DNA of 64,000 nt, from the NCBI GenBank assembly GCA_024401745.1, contig JAKSKK010000003.1:2287-66286 (forward strand), given 5' to 3'. Position numbers and translations under genes: made by a program. Below are positions 53,090-62,902 of this stretch, in pieces. Every line of letters begins with the position of its first letter. Position 1 is the first letter of the stretch. The notes beneath the pieces are model-generated. The model saw only the letters and a list, made by a program, of their open reading frames with translations. It made no database searches and had not been told where the DNA came from. This DNA is from Bacteroidales bacterium (GTDB lineage: Bacteria; Bacteroidota; Bacteroidia; Bacteroidales; UBA932).

Positions 53090-55060
53090 ATGAAACTCAG
53101 AAACATCCTTATCATCGGCCTTGCGGCCGCAGCCATATCCTGCACTTCTGAAAAGCAGGAAATCCATCAGGTCCCTTTCAATGAAGTCACCGTGACCGGC
53201 GGCTTCTGGCAGCAGCGCATGGAGACGGAGCTGAATACCACGGTTCCCTTCTCCCTTGCCCACTGTGACACTGCGATAGAGCGCTTCGAGAAGGCCATAG
53301 CCTTCCTTGAAGGCCGCTCCGAGGAACTGCCCGAGACCCACAGGTTCATCAGCTCCGACATGTACAAGGTGATGGAAGGCGCCGCCTACTCGCTCATGCT
53401 TGAGAGGAATCCCGAAGTCGAGGCCAAGCTCGACTACATGGCCGAGATCATAGCGAAGGTGCAGAGGCCTGACGGATACCTCTACATCAGCCATATATGC
53501 GGCAATCCCAACCCCGACGAGATGGGCGACAAGCCCTATTCCTGGGTTGTGCACAGCCACGAGCTCTATAACATGGGCCACCTGTATGAGGCTGCGGTCG
53601 CATACTATCAGGCAACCGGCAAGACCAACCTGCTGGACATTGCGATCAAGAGCGCAAAGCATGTGAACAAGGTCTTCTTCGAGGGCGACCCGGACTACAA
53701 CGACGGCAAGCCCATCAATCAGGCCCCCGGCCACGAGGAGATCGAACTGGCTCTCTGCAAGCTCTACAAGGTCACCGGCGACAGGCTTTACCTCGACATG
53801 GCAAAGAAGTTCCTCGACATCAGAGGCATCACCTACAGGCCTGAGGGCGAGGGAGTCATGGCTCCCGAGTACGCTCAGCAGCATGCTCCCGTGACCGAGC
53901 AGCGCGAGGTCGCAGGCCATTCGGTGCGCGCCGGCTACCTCTATACCGGCATGGCACAGGTCGACGCCCTTACGGGCCGCGGCGACTATACCGAGGCTCT
54001 GAACGCCATCTGGGACAATCTGGTATCGACCAGGATGCACATCACCGGAGGCCTCGGAGCAGTCAGGGAGGTGGAAGGATTCGGCAAGGAGTACGAGCTG
54101 CCCAACAGGGAGGCATACGACGAGACCTGCGCCGCTGTGGCGAACGTCTTCTTCAACGAAGGAATGTTCCTTGCCAGCGGCAGTGCCAGGTTCCTCGACA
54201 TCGCCGAAGTCTCAATCTTCAACAACGCCCTTGCCGGCATCAACCTGGCGGGCGACAGGTTCTTCTACGTGAACCCGCTGGAGGCTGACGGGGAGTGGGA
54301 CTTCAATCACGGCGACGCCGGACGCTCAGAGTGGTTCGGCTGCGCATGCTGCCCTCCCAACATCTCACGCATGATACTGCAGACCCCCGGCTACATGTAC
54401 GCCCACACGGGCAATGACATATATCTCACGCTCTACGGCAGCAGCAGGACAAGCATTGCGCTGGACTGCTGCAAGGTCGGGCTGGATCAGCAGTCAGACT
54501 ATCCCTTCAGCGGCGATGTGACCGTCGGCGTAACGCCCGAGAAGGCCTGCAGGTTCTCGCTCAGGCTGCGCATCCCCACATGGGCTGATGGCGGCAGCGA
54601 CTTCATCCCCGGCGGGCTGTATACCTTCAGGAACAGCTGCGACGAAGCAGTGAGCATCAAGGTGAACGGCAAGGACGCCAGTTACAGTGTCGAGGACGGA
54701 TTCGCAGTCATTGACCGCAGGTGGCAGGCCGGCGACCGCGTGGAGATGAGCATCCCCATGCCGGTGCGCTATGTGGCAGCCGACGAGAGGATAGAGGCTG
54801 ACCGCAATGCCACTGCAGTGACGGTAGGACCGCTCGTCTACTGTGCCGAGGAGTGCGACAACGCAGTCAGGGTCCAGGATCTTCAGATCGATGCCGACGG
54901 CTGGTCAGGCGCCAGCGTGTCCACCATTGCGGAAGGCCCCCTCAAGGGTATACGCGCAGTCACATGCCCGGGCAGCAAGGATATCACCATGATACCTTAC
55001 TACGCGTGGGACAACCGTGGTGACGGTCAGTCGATGATGGTCTGGATGAAGAATCGCTAG
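53090..55060 (+). CDS. GH127 beta-L-arabinofuranosidase, lipoprotein
   Basis: SDMYKVMEG, HELYNMGHLYEAAVA, GHEEIELAL, GHSVRA.Y, ETCAA, CACCPPN, IPYYAWDNRG; ATG 53090 lies 4 nt after TATCTTTG. Confidence 0.92.
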   Translation: MKLRNILIIGLAAAAISCTSEKQEIHQVPFNEVTVTGGFWQQRMETELNTTVPFSLAHCDTAIERFEKAIAFLEGRSEELPETHRFISSDMYKVMEGAAYSLMLERNPEVEAKLDYMAEIIAKVQRPDGYLYISHICGNPNPDEMGDKPYSWVVHSHELYNMGHLYEAAVAYYQATGKTNLLDIAIKSAKHVNKVFFEGDPDYNDGKPINQAPGHEEIELALCKLYKVTGDRLYLDMAKKFLDIRGITYRPEGEGVMAPEYAQQHAPVTEQREVAGHSVRAGYLYTGMAQVDALTGRGDYTEALNAIWDNLVSTRMHITGGLGAVREVEGFGKEYELPNREAYDETCAAVANVFFNEGMFLASGSARFLDIAEVSIFNNALAGINLAGDRFFYVNPLEADGEWDFNHGDAGRSEWFGCACCPPNISRMILQTPGYMYAHTGNDIYLTLYGSSRTSIALDCCKVGLDQQSDYPFSGDVTVGVTPEKACRFSLRLRIPTWADGGSDFIPGGLYTFRNSCDEAVSIKVNGKDASYSVEDGFAVIDRRWQAGDRVEMSIPMPVRYVAADERIEADRNATAVTVGPLVYCAEECDNAVRVQDLQIDADGWSGASVSTIAEGPLKGIRAVTCPGSKDITMIPYYAWDNRGDGQSMMVWMKNR

Positions 55061-55065
55061 AAGCG

Positions 55066-56103
55066 CTATACTTCGGGTGCAGCCTCGAACTCCTTGAGGA
55101 AGCGCATGTCGTTCTCGAAGTAGTGGCGGAGGTCGTTGACCTGCCACTTGAGCATGGCGATGCGCTCAAGGCCCATACCGAATGCGAATCCGCTGTATTT
55201 CTTTGAGTCGATGCCGCTGGCCTCGAGGACGTTGGGATCTACCATTCCGGCGCCCAGGATCTCAAGCCAGCCTGTTCCCTTGCAGATGTTGCAACCCTTG
55301 CCGTGGCAGATGTTGCAGCTCACGTCAACCTCGGTAGAGGGCTCGGTGAAGGGGAAGTATGAGGGCCTCATCCTTATCTGGGTGTCGGGGCCGAACATCT
55401 CGCGTGCGAACAGAAGCAGAGCCTGCTTGAGGTCGGCGAAAGTCACGTTCTCATCGATATACAGGCCTTCCACCTGATGGAAGATGCAGTGTGCGCGTGC
55501 GCTGATGGCCTCGTTGCGGAATACGCGTCCGGGGCAGATGACACGGATGGGAAGGCCCATCTTTTCCATCGAGCGCACCTGTACACTTGAAGTGTGGGTG
55601 CGGAGAAGGATGGGGTTGAGGTGGCCTGCGCTCACGAAGAAAGTGTCCTGCATGTCGCGTGCGGGATGGTTGGGAGGGAAGTTGAGTGCCTCGAAGACGT
55701 GGTAGTCGTCCTCGATCTCAGGACCTTCGGCAACGTCATATCCGAACTTGCGGAAGATGTCCACGATCTCCTGGCGGACGATGCTCACGGGGTGACGGGA
55801 ACCGAGCTCGAAGTTGTCGCCGGGCATGCTGAGGTCCTGCCTGGGACCTTCTGTGGCAGCACTCTCGCCAACGCTGGCCTTGAGTTCGTCAATCTTTGCC
55901 TGAACGGTGTTCTTGAGCTCGTTGAGGGGCTTTCCGAATTCCTTCTTGAACTCCTTGTCCATGGTGCGGAACTCGTCGAACAGGGCGGTGACGCTGCCCT
56001 TCTTTCCGAGGAAAGCGATTCTAGCGTCCTCTACATCCTTCTGTGTCTTGCACTCAAGCTTGCCAAGTTCGGCAAGTATCCTGTCTATATCTTCGCGTGT
56101 CAT
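55066..56103 (-). CDS. pheS: Phenylalanine-tRNA ligase alpha subunit
   Basis: HPARDMQDTF, LRTHTS, PGRVFR, FHQVEG, RPSYFPFTEPS, GFAFGMGLER. Confidence 0.98.
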   Translation of the reverse strand: MTREDIDRILAELGKLECKTQKDVEDARIAFLGKKGSVTALFDEFRTMDKEFKKEFGKPLNELKNTVQAKIDELKASVGESAATEGPRQDLSMPGDNFELGSRHPVSIVRQEIVDIFRKFGYDVAEGPEIEDDYHVFEALNFPPNHPARDMQDTFFVSAGHLNPILLRTHTSSVQVRSMEKMGLPIRVICPGRVFRNEAISARAHCIFHQVEGLYIDENVTFADLKQALLLFAREMFGPDTQIRMRPSYFPFTEPSTEVDVSCNICHGKGCNICKGTGWLEILGAGMVDPNVLEASGIDSKKYSGFAFGMGLERIAMLKWQVNDLRHYFENDMRFLKEFEAAPEV

Positions 56104-56106
56104 ATT

Positions 56107-56505
56107 CTAGTTCTTTCTTTTTGCTTCTCTCTTGTCTCTTGCCTTCTTGTCCCTTGCCGCGCCCTGCTTCAGGTATTTGGCCCACTGCGCCTCGTCGAAT
56201 ATTTTCTCGAAGGCGACGTAGGTCTTCTCCATCCATCTGTCCTGAGCCATGATGAAGAGGTCGGGGTTGCTGACCTTGCTCTTGTTGAGTCCTTCAAGCT
56301 CGTCCATCATGCCCTTGTAGTTGGCGGTGAGGATAGAATCCACATAGAACACCTGCCAGTCCTCGAGCTCGAGGTTCTGCTCATGGTGCTCGACTTCCTT
56401 CTCGATGAGTTCAGCCAGCTTCTTGGCCTGCTCTTCCTCGCTCATCTGCTGGGCAAATGCGCCAAGAGGCAAAAGGAAAAGTGCGAGAGTAACAAAAAAT
56501 TTCAT
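56107..56505 (-). CDS. Hypothetical periplasmic helical protein
   Basis: Signal peptide MKFFVTLALFLLPLGAFA; L.LEDWQ.FYVDSIL; TAAATTTG promoter at 56527-56534. Confidence 0.7.
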   Translation of the reverse strand: MKFFVTLALFLLPLGAFAQQMSEEEQAKKLAELIEKEVEHHEQNLELEDWQVFYVDSILTANYKGMMDELEGLNKSKVSNPDLFIMAQDRWMEKTYVAFEKIFDEAQWAKYLKQGAARDKKARDKREAKRKN

Positions 56506-56550
56506 AGATTTGTAATTGTCAAAATGCAAATTTAATAAAGAAAACATAAA

Positions 56551-58254
56551 ATGAGAAAAATTCTGCTTGCCACGCTTGCCCTCGCCGCCATGTTCAGTGT
56601 GCGTGCGGGAGCCTGCACCAACATCATAATCACAAAGGGTGCCAGTTCTGACGGTTCATGCATGATTTCGTATGCTGCCGACTCACATTGGCTCTACGGC
56701 GAGCTCTATTTCCACCCGGCAGCAGACTACAGCGCAGGAGTAAGGCTCCCCATCACCGAATGGGACAGCTACAAGCCCCTCGGAGAAATCCCCCAGGTTG
56801 CCCACACCTACCAGACCATGGGCAACATGAACGAGCATCAGCTCATCATAGCCGAGACCACATGGGGCGGCCGCTGGGAGCAGGTGGACACCACCGGCAT
56901 TATGGACTACGGCAGCCTCATCTACGTGACCCTGCAGCGCGCAAAGACCGCCCGTGAGGCCATCCAGACCATAGTACAGCTTGCAAATGACTACGGCTAC
57001 CCTTCAAGCGGCGAGACCTTCAGCATCGCCGACAAGGACGAGGCATGGATCATGGACCTCGTCGGCAAGGGTCCCGACAACAAGGGCATCGTGTGGGTGG
57101 CACGCCGCATCCCCGACGGCTACATCTGCGCACACGCAAACCTCGCCCGCATAACCACCTTCCCCTGGAACGACCCTGAGAACTGCCTCTTCGCACCCGA
57201 CGTGGCCGACTTTGCCCGCAGCAAGGGCTGGTACAGCGGCGCCGACGAGGACTTCAGCTTCAAGGCAGCTTACTGCCCCGTCGACTTCGGCGAGATCCGC
57301 GGCTGCGACGGCCGTGTGTGGAGCGCGTTCAACATCCTCGGCAAGGGAAGCTTCACCTTCGAGCAGGACGGCGAGACCGTTACCAGGCCCGCCGACGACT
57401 GGCTGAACTATGCAATGGGCTACGACCTCGAGGGCAACCTGCCCCTGTGGGTGAAGCCCACCGACAAGGTGACCCCCAAGAACGTGGCCGACGTGATGCG
57501 CGACCACTTCGAGAACACTCCCATGGACATGCGCACCGACATCGGTGCCGGCGGAAACGCCTGCCCCTACCGCTGGCGTCCCATGGACTTCGAGTGGGAG
57601 GGCGAGAGCTATGTGAACGAGCGCGCCATCGCCACTCAGCAGACAGGATTCTGGTTCGTGGCACAGGCCCGCGGCTGGCTGCCCGACACCGTCGGAGCAC
57701 TTGTGTGGTTCGGCGTGGATGATGCCGCAACTTCATACGTGACACCTATCTATGTGAATTCTACCGAGGTTCCTGAGTGCGTCCGCGTGGGCAACGGAGA
57801 CCTTCTCCACTACAGCCCCACCTCCGCATTCTGGATGTGCAACCGCGTCACCAACTCATGCTACAGGATGTACAACCTCATGGAGCCTGTGGTCCGTGCC
57901 GAGGCCGACGCATACGAGTACGAGATGATGTTCGACCGCGTGCCCAAGGTCGATGACCTGCTCTGCCGCACCCTTTCACGCGGCGGCAAGCGCGCGCTCA
58001 AGAAAGCACGCAAGGCAATGACCAGCTTCAGCGTCGACAACGCCCAGAGGCAGTTCAACAACTGGGTCAAGCTCGAGGAGATGCTCACCGTCAAGTTCAT
58101 CGACGGTAACGTGAAGGCTCAGGATGCCGACGGCAACTTCCTCCATACAGAGTATCACGCTGGCACTCCCGAAGGCCTGGAGCAGCCCGGCTACACCGAC
58201 TTCTGGAAACAGGCCGTAGCATGGTTCCATGGTAAGATCGTAAAGGTTCAGTAA
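56551..58254 (+). CDS. C69 family dipeptidase
   Basis: Signal peptide then nucleophile CTN; YAADS, MNEHQL.I.ETT, LQRAKTAREAI, GETFSIAD, HAN.ARI. Confidence 0.92.
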   Translation: MRKILLATLALAAMFSVRAGACTNIIITKGASSDGSCMISYAADSHWLYGELYFHPAADYSAGVRLPITEWDSYKPLGEIPQVAHTYQTMGNMNEHQLIIAETTWGGRWEQVDTTGIMDYGSLIYVTLQRAKTAREAIQTIVQLANDYGYPSSGETFSIADKDEAWIMDLVGKGPDNKGIVWVARRIPDGYICAHANLARITTFPWNDPENCLFAPDVADFARSKGWYSGADEDFSFKAAYCPVDFGEIRGCDGRVWSAFNILGKGSFTFEQDGETVTRPADDWLNYAMGYDLEGNLPLWVKPTDKVTPKNVADVMRDHFENTPMDMRTDIGAGGNACPYRWRPMDFEWEGESYVNERAIATQQTGFWFVAQARGWLPDTVGALVWFGVDDAATSYVTPIYVNSTEVPECVRVGNGDLLHYSPTSAFWMCNRVTNSCYRMYNLMEPVVRAEADAYEYEMMFDRVPKVDDLLCRTLSRGGKRALKKARKAMTSFSVDNAQRQFNNWVKLEEMLTVKFIDGNVKAQDADGNFLHTEYHAGTPEGLEQPGYTDFWKQAVAWFHGKIVKVQ

Positions 58255-58255
58255 G

Positions 58256-58702
58256 ATGCTTCTCTCAAAGGAAATAGCAGTTTATCTCAATCTGGCCGCC
58301 TGCAAGCTCAAGCAGTATTCGGCAGCCATGCTCAAGCAGTACAACGTGGGTCTGACCCCCGAGCAGTTCCTGCTCATCGACCTCCTGTGGAACCAGGGGC
58401 CCATGTCGCAGCAGAAGATGGCCGACCTGATGCAGAAGGACAAGAACTCCATAACCAAGCTGGTTGACGCCCTTGAGAAGAAGGGCCTCGTGGTCCGCAG
58501 GAAGGATGAGACTGACCGTCGTTCGAACCTGCTGGTGCTCACTTCCGAGGCAGAGGGCCTGAAGATGGGTGCCAAGGAGAAGGGCATATCCATACTCGAC
58601 AGCATTCTCGAAGGCATCAGCGAGGAAGAGCTCAAGAGCTTCCTTGACACGCTCGGCAAGCTCACCGGCAACATGGAGCTTAAAATCAAGGACGAGGACT
58701 AG
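58256..58702 (+). CDS. MarR family transcriptional regulator
   Basis: LTPEQF, SQQ.MA, DK.SITKLVD.LEKKGLV.R...DRR. Confidence 0.92.
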   Translation: MLLSKEIAVYLNLAACKLKQYSAAMLKQYNVGLTPEQFLLIDLLWNQGPMSQQKMADLMQKDKNSITKLVDALEKKGLVVRRKDETDRRSNLLVLTSEAEGLKMGAKEKGISILDSILEGISEEELKSFLDTLGKLTGNMELKIKDED

Positions 58703-60501
58703 CAGCTCTCGTCAAGAATCTCGGCAATATCCTTTACAGGGCGGTCGGAATACCGTCCGAAGGTGCTCATGCACAGCGGGCATCCTGTAGCTATTGTGTC
58801 AGGTGCCGCAATCGTCAGGTCCTTCAGGGCGTTCCTTGTCATGGCCTCCCTTTGTGCGAAGCTGAGCGTGAGGCTTCCCAGGCTGCCTCCGCAGCAGATG
58901 CTCTCGGCGCGGCTGTGCCCGGCCTCCCTGAGCTCGGCGCAGCGTCCGATGAGGCTTCTCGGCGCCTCGTAGATGCCGCTGCCGCGTCCCAGTTCGCAGG
59001 GGTCGTGCCATACCACCGATGCAGCCCCCTTGACGGGTGAGAGCTTGCCCAGCTTCACCAGTTCGTCGAGGTACTGGCTGTGGTGTATCACCCTGACTCC
59101 CGGTAGATTGTAGTGCTCCTTGAATATCTTGTAGCAGATGGGGCAGCTGAGTATGAGCGTGTGGGCGCGGGTGTCCTTGATTATCTGCTCGTTCTTGCGT
59201 ATGATCTGCTTCGCCTCGCCGAGCTTTCCTGCCGTGAGCATAGGCCTTCCGCAGCACAGGCCGCCGTCGCGATCCATCCACACGTAGTTGACTCCTGCCT
59301 TCCTGAGCACCGATTCCATTGCCCGCGGGATGCGTGGCGTGAGCTGAGTCATGCAGCCTGCAAAGTACAGCACCTTTGAGCCCATTGCGGCTTCTGTGAG
59401 AGGCTGGACGTCGATTCTGGAGTAGTCCTGCTCGATGTTGTAGCGGCGGGTGGCGCGCTGTGCGATGCGCAGGGTCGGACCTTCCACGCCCACCTGGCAC
59501 ACTGCCTGGCACTTGCCGCAGAGCAGGCACTTGTCGCTGATCTCATCAACGCGCTTCTCGTGCCCGCGCCTGATGTGCCTGTTGAGGTAGACGGTGCAGT
59601 CCTTGAGGTTCGACTTCTTCACGCTCATGGGGCAGGCGTCGATGCACACGCCGCAGCTGGGGCAGCTGAATATCTCGGCGCGGGCAAAGCCCTTCCTGGC
59701 GTGGCGTATGTGCAGGCCCGCGTTGCGCATAGGTATCAGCAGCATCTCTGCCGGGATGTGCATGTAGCGGGTGAACGGCAGAACGAACATGAACACGCTG
59801 AGCGCTATGGAGTATGCCCACCATGTGGGGAGCATGTTGAACTCGTTTCCGAGGAACTGCCGGGCAATCCAGTTGAGCGGGATGGTCATGAACGAGCCTC
59901 CGCTGATGTGGGCGGTGAAGCCCTCGGCCAGCCACCTGAGCGGAAAGATGGCCCACAGGGCATACTGGCCTACCAGGTCGAGCAGCGACGGCCTTGTGGT
60001 GCGGCGCATTCCGAATATCAGCGAGCGGAAGCGCTTTACGACCGCAAGGGCGATTCCCACCAGCACAACCAGCAGGAAGAAGTCCATGAGGAAGAACAGG
60101 AGCGAGCCCTGCACGGTGCTGTCGGCCTCGGCCACGAAGTAGTTGAAGAAGATGGGGTAGTAGAAGAACTTTATGCGCTCAGGCACGAAGAGTATCACTT
60201 CCACGTGGCCCAGGACTATGAGCATGAACCATCCGAACGCGATGCTCGAGTGCATGAATCCCAGCATGGGGTTGCGCTTCCACAGCTTCACGTGCAGCAG
60301 GCAGTTGAGGAAGATGTCCTTGACGTTCTTCATTGCCGTCTCGGGAGTCACCAGCGACTTGTAGAACTGCAGCCTGTCCGCCCTCGGCAGCTGCAGGAGT
60401 ATCTTGATGACGCCGAAGATGCAGTAGCCGAACACGAAGAACATTCCTGCCAGGAACGGCAGGACGAAGGGGTGGAATCCTGATGCTATCCTGTCAATCA
60501 T
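58699..60501 (-). CDS. Membrane cytochrome b-like + 2x[4Fe-4S] + CCG-domain protein (HdrED-like fusion)
   Basis: TM region with His residues (LHVKLW, MHSSI, GHVE, RYMHIP); CPSCGVCIDACP, CLLCGKCQAVC; FAGC, CCG, SCPIC, HDPCELGR, CCGG, GCPLC. Confidence 0.82.
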   Translation of the reverse strand: MIDRIASGFHPFVLPFLAGMFFVFGYCIFGVIKILLQLPRADRLQFYKSLVTPETAMKNVKDIFLNCLLHVKLWKRNPMLGFMHSSIAFGWFMLIVLGHVEVILFVPERIKFFYYPIFFNYFVAEADSTVQGSLLFFLMDFFLLVVLVGIALAVVKRFRSLIFGMRRTTRPSLLDLVGQYALWAIFPLRWLAEGFTAHISGGSFMTIPLNWIARQFLGNEFNMLPTWWAYSIALSVFMFVLPFTRYMHIPAEMLLIPMRNAGLHIRHARKGFARAEIFSCPSCGVCIDACPMSVKKSNLKDCTVYLNRHIRRGHEKRVDEISDKCLLCGKCQAVCQVGVEGPTLRIAQRATRRYNIEQDYSRIDVQPLTEAAMGSKVLYFAGCMTQLTPRIPRAMESVLRKAGVNYVWMDRDGGLCCGRPMLTAGKLGEAKQIIRKNEQIIKDTRAHTLILSCPICYKIFKEHYNLPGVRVIHHSQYLDELVKLGKLSPVKGAASVVWHDPCELGRGSGIYEAPRSLIGRCAELREAGHSRAESICCGGSLGSLTLSFAQREAMTRNALKDLTIAAPDTIATGCPLCMSTFGRYSDRPVKDIAEILDESC

Positions 60502-60821
60502 TTCTTCTCGTAGATTCTGCAGATGCTGAGTATGAGGTGGCGGGTGTTGATGCCTCTGGGGCACACCATGGTGCACTTGCCGCAGAGCATGCAGCAGGAC
60601 AGCATGCCAGACACGTCAGTGCCGCGCTGCAGGCCATGTATGACCTTGCGCATGCTCATTCCAGAGTATGGACCCGCGGTGCATGTGGCGCTGCAGCTTC
60701 CGCAGGCCATGCAGGTCCTTATATCCGGCTCCATCCTGGCAACCTTCTCGAAATTGGAGAGGTCGGCCCTGTCGAGGTCGATGGTGGAGCTTGGGGAGAG
60801 TCTGAATCCGAAATCCATCAT
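60498..60821 (-). CDS. Small 2x[4Fe-4S] protein, HdrC-like
   Basis: CMACGSCSATC, CMLCGKCTMVCPRG. Confidence 0.85.
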   Translation of the reverse strand: MMDFGFRLSPSSTIDLDRADLSNFEKVARMEPDIRTCMACGSCSATCTAGPYSGMSMRKVIHGLQRGTDVSGMLSCCMLCGKCTMVCPRGINTRHLILSICRIYEKK

Positions 60822-61828
60822 CTGCTGAGGTAGTTATGTATGCTGAGCGCGGCGGCGCGGGCTTCCGCAACCGTCTCGGGAACCGTCTTGGTGCCGGTGC
60901 AGGCGCCTGCGAAGAAGACTCCCGGTCTCTGCGACTCCAGTATGCTGTAGATGTTGTCCTTGCTGCGCAGGAACCCGTCGGTGTCAACGTCGACGTGGAT
61001 CATGTCGGCTATGCTCACTGCGGATGAGTTGCACAGCATGCCCGCCATGAGGCACAGGCAGTCCATCTGAACCTTCAGGGGCTTTCCGCTGAGGGTGTCC
61101 TCGGCCTTGACCTGCACACGCCCGTCGATGGTCTCGCTGACCTCGCTAACGCGGCCGCGGATGAAGTGCACGCCGTACTCGCGCTGGGCGTTCAGGTAGA
61201 AGTCCTCGTATTTCTTGCCGAAGAGGCGGAGGTCCATGTAGAAGCAGTAAACCTGGCAGTCAGGGAACTTCTCCTTGACCTCCATGGCCTGCTTGATGGC
61301 CGTCATGCAGCAAACCTTAGAGCACTGGGTGTTGCCTGCCTTGACGTCCCTGGAACCCACGCAGTGCACGAATCCGAAGGCCTTGGGCGCCTTGGGGATG
61401 CGCACGTCGTCGGCTCCCGAGAACCAGTTCTCAAGGTCCTTGTTGGTTATCACGTGGTCATAGACGCCGTAGCCGTACTCTTCCTTCCTGGTGGCGTCGA
61501 ACAGCTTGAAGCCGCTGGCGATGAGCACTGCGCGGCTGAGGATGTTCACGCCGTTCGAGAGCATCACGGCATAGCCGTCCTTGAGGCGGTTTATGCTCTG
61601 CACGGTGGTCTCCAGGAAGATGTTGGCCTCCCTGCAGTCTTCGATGAGCCTTGCAGCCAGCTCACGCGCCGGGGTCATGTCAGGGAAGAGCCTGTGCCAC
61701 TGTGCCACATGCCCACCAAGATGGTCGGACTGTTCCACGATAATGGGCCTGTGCCCGAGCATGAGGAGCTGTTTTGCGGCTTCGAGTCCGGCGACACCTC
61801 CGCCTATTATGATGACGTTCTCTTTCAT
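60818..61828 (-). CDS. hdrA: Short HdrA-like flavoprotein (FAD + one [4Fe-4S])
   Basis: IIGGGVAG, EYGYG, HCVGSRD....CSKVCC, YMDLR.FG, FIRGRVSE, PGVFFAG; no ferredoxin inserts. Confidence 0.82.
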   Translation of the reverse strand: MKENVIIIGGGVAGLEAAKQLLMLGHRPIIVEQSDHLGGHVAQWHRLFPDMTPARELAARLIEDCREANIFLETTVQSINRLKDGYAVMLSNGVNILSRAVLIASGFKLFDATRKEEYGYGVYDHVITNKDLENWFSGADDVRIPKAPKAFGFVHCVGSRDVKAGNTQCSKVCCMTAIKQAMEVKEKFPDCQVYCFYMDLRLFGKKYEDFYLNAQREYGVHFIRGRVSEVSETIDGRVQVKAEDTLSGKPLKVQMDCLCLMAGMLCNSSAVSIADMIHVDVDTDGFLRSKDNIYSILESQRPGVFFAGACTGTKTVPETVAEARAAALSIHNYLSR

Positions 61829-61831
61829 AGA

Positions 61832-62902
61832 CTAATGGCATTTGAGGACCTGGGGCATCTCCGGGCGGAGAAGGTCTTCCTTGTTCAGGCCCAGATATTT
61901 GGCAGAAGGGTCGTACTCCACGCCCATCTTGTCGAGAAGGGGTTCAACGGCCACCTGATGCACCTGGAGGCCGAGGTCCCAGGGGTTCTCGCCGAGCACC
62001 AGGCCGGCAAGTTCCTCGTAAGTGAGCACGGGGATGCCGTAGCCGTCGCGGCCGTAGGTCTTGCCCGTCTGCTCGGCTATGACGTACTGCCAGCGGTCGA
62101 GGAAGTAGGGGCAGCCGGGGCAGTTGGTGATGATCGCGTCGGGCTGGAACGGCTCCATCGACTCGAACTTCTTGTGGGTGTTCGACACGCAGTAGCCTCG
62201 GTTGGCCTTCACGTGATACTGGCGGAATCCGTATCCGCAGCAGTGGCGGCGCTCAGGGTAGTCTATCACCTGCCCGCCCCAGCTCTCGACCATTCCGCTG
62301 AGCACGCAGGGGTACTCCGCTCCGCCCATGCCCTTGTGGGGGAACATCTTGGCATAGTGGCAGCCTATGTGCTCCACTATCCTCAGAGGCTCGCCAGTGT
62401 CCTTGTTCACAAGGCGGTACTGGGCGTTCTCGGCTATCTGGCCGCGGAACTTGTAGATGAGGTCGCTCGCGTGGGCGACGTATTTCGGGACCTTGAACTC
62501 CCTGCGGCAGGCCTGCCACAGTATGTCCCTGATCTTCGACTCCAGTTCGGGATACTCCCTCCAGGTCTCGATGGTCTCGACGTAGTTGCCGAAGGAAGTG
62601 ATGCATGACACCACCAGGTTCTCGTACCCGCATTCTGTCATGAGGGCGAACTGGCGGGCCACGATGGACATTGCGGTCTCCTGGGGAATGGTGTCGGAGT
62701 GGTAGGCTATGCCTCCACAGGTCGTATGGTGTTCGTTATCGCAGATGTCCTTCCCCAGGAGCTCACGCGTTATCTTGAGGAAATACTTCTCGCTGGCCGG
62801 GAAGAAGTTCTGCCTGATGCAGCTTCTTGCGTAGTACCAGTGATCGTCGGGTATTTCTTTCTGGTAGTCTGACCAGATCTTCTGCTTTCCTTTGTAAATC
62901 AT
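61832..62902 (-). CDS. hdrB: HdrB-like CCG-domain subunit
   Basis: RSC, TTCGG, SCITSFG, HIGCHY, HCCGYG, NCPGC. Confidence 0.82.
   Translation of the reverse strand: MIYKGKQKIWSDYQKEIPDDHWYYARSCIRQNFFPASEKYFLKITRELLGKDICDNEHHTTCGGIAYHSDTIPQETAMSIVARQFALMTECGYENLVVSCITSFGNYVETIETWREYPELESKIRDILWQACRREFKVPKYVAHASDLIYKFRGQIAENAQYRLVNKDTGEPLRIVEHIGCHYAKMFPHKGMGGAEYPCVLSGMVESWGGQVIDYPERRHCCGYGFRQYHVKANRGYCVSNTHKKFESMEPFQPDAIITNCPGCPYFLDRWQYVIAEQTGKTYGRDGYGIPVLTYEELAGLVLGENPWDLGLQVHQVAVEPLLDKMGVEYDPSAKYLGLNKEDLLRPEMPQVLKCH

Noticed and set aside
55066-56103. pheS without adjacent pheT or leader attenuator
   Set aside because: Separation of pheS and pheT is usual in Bacteroidota.
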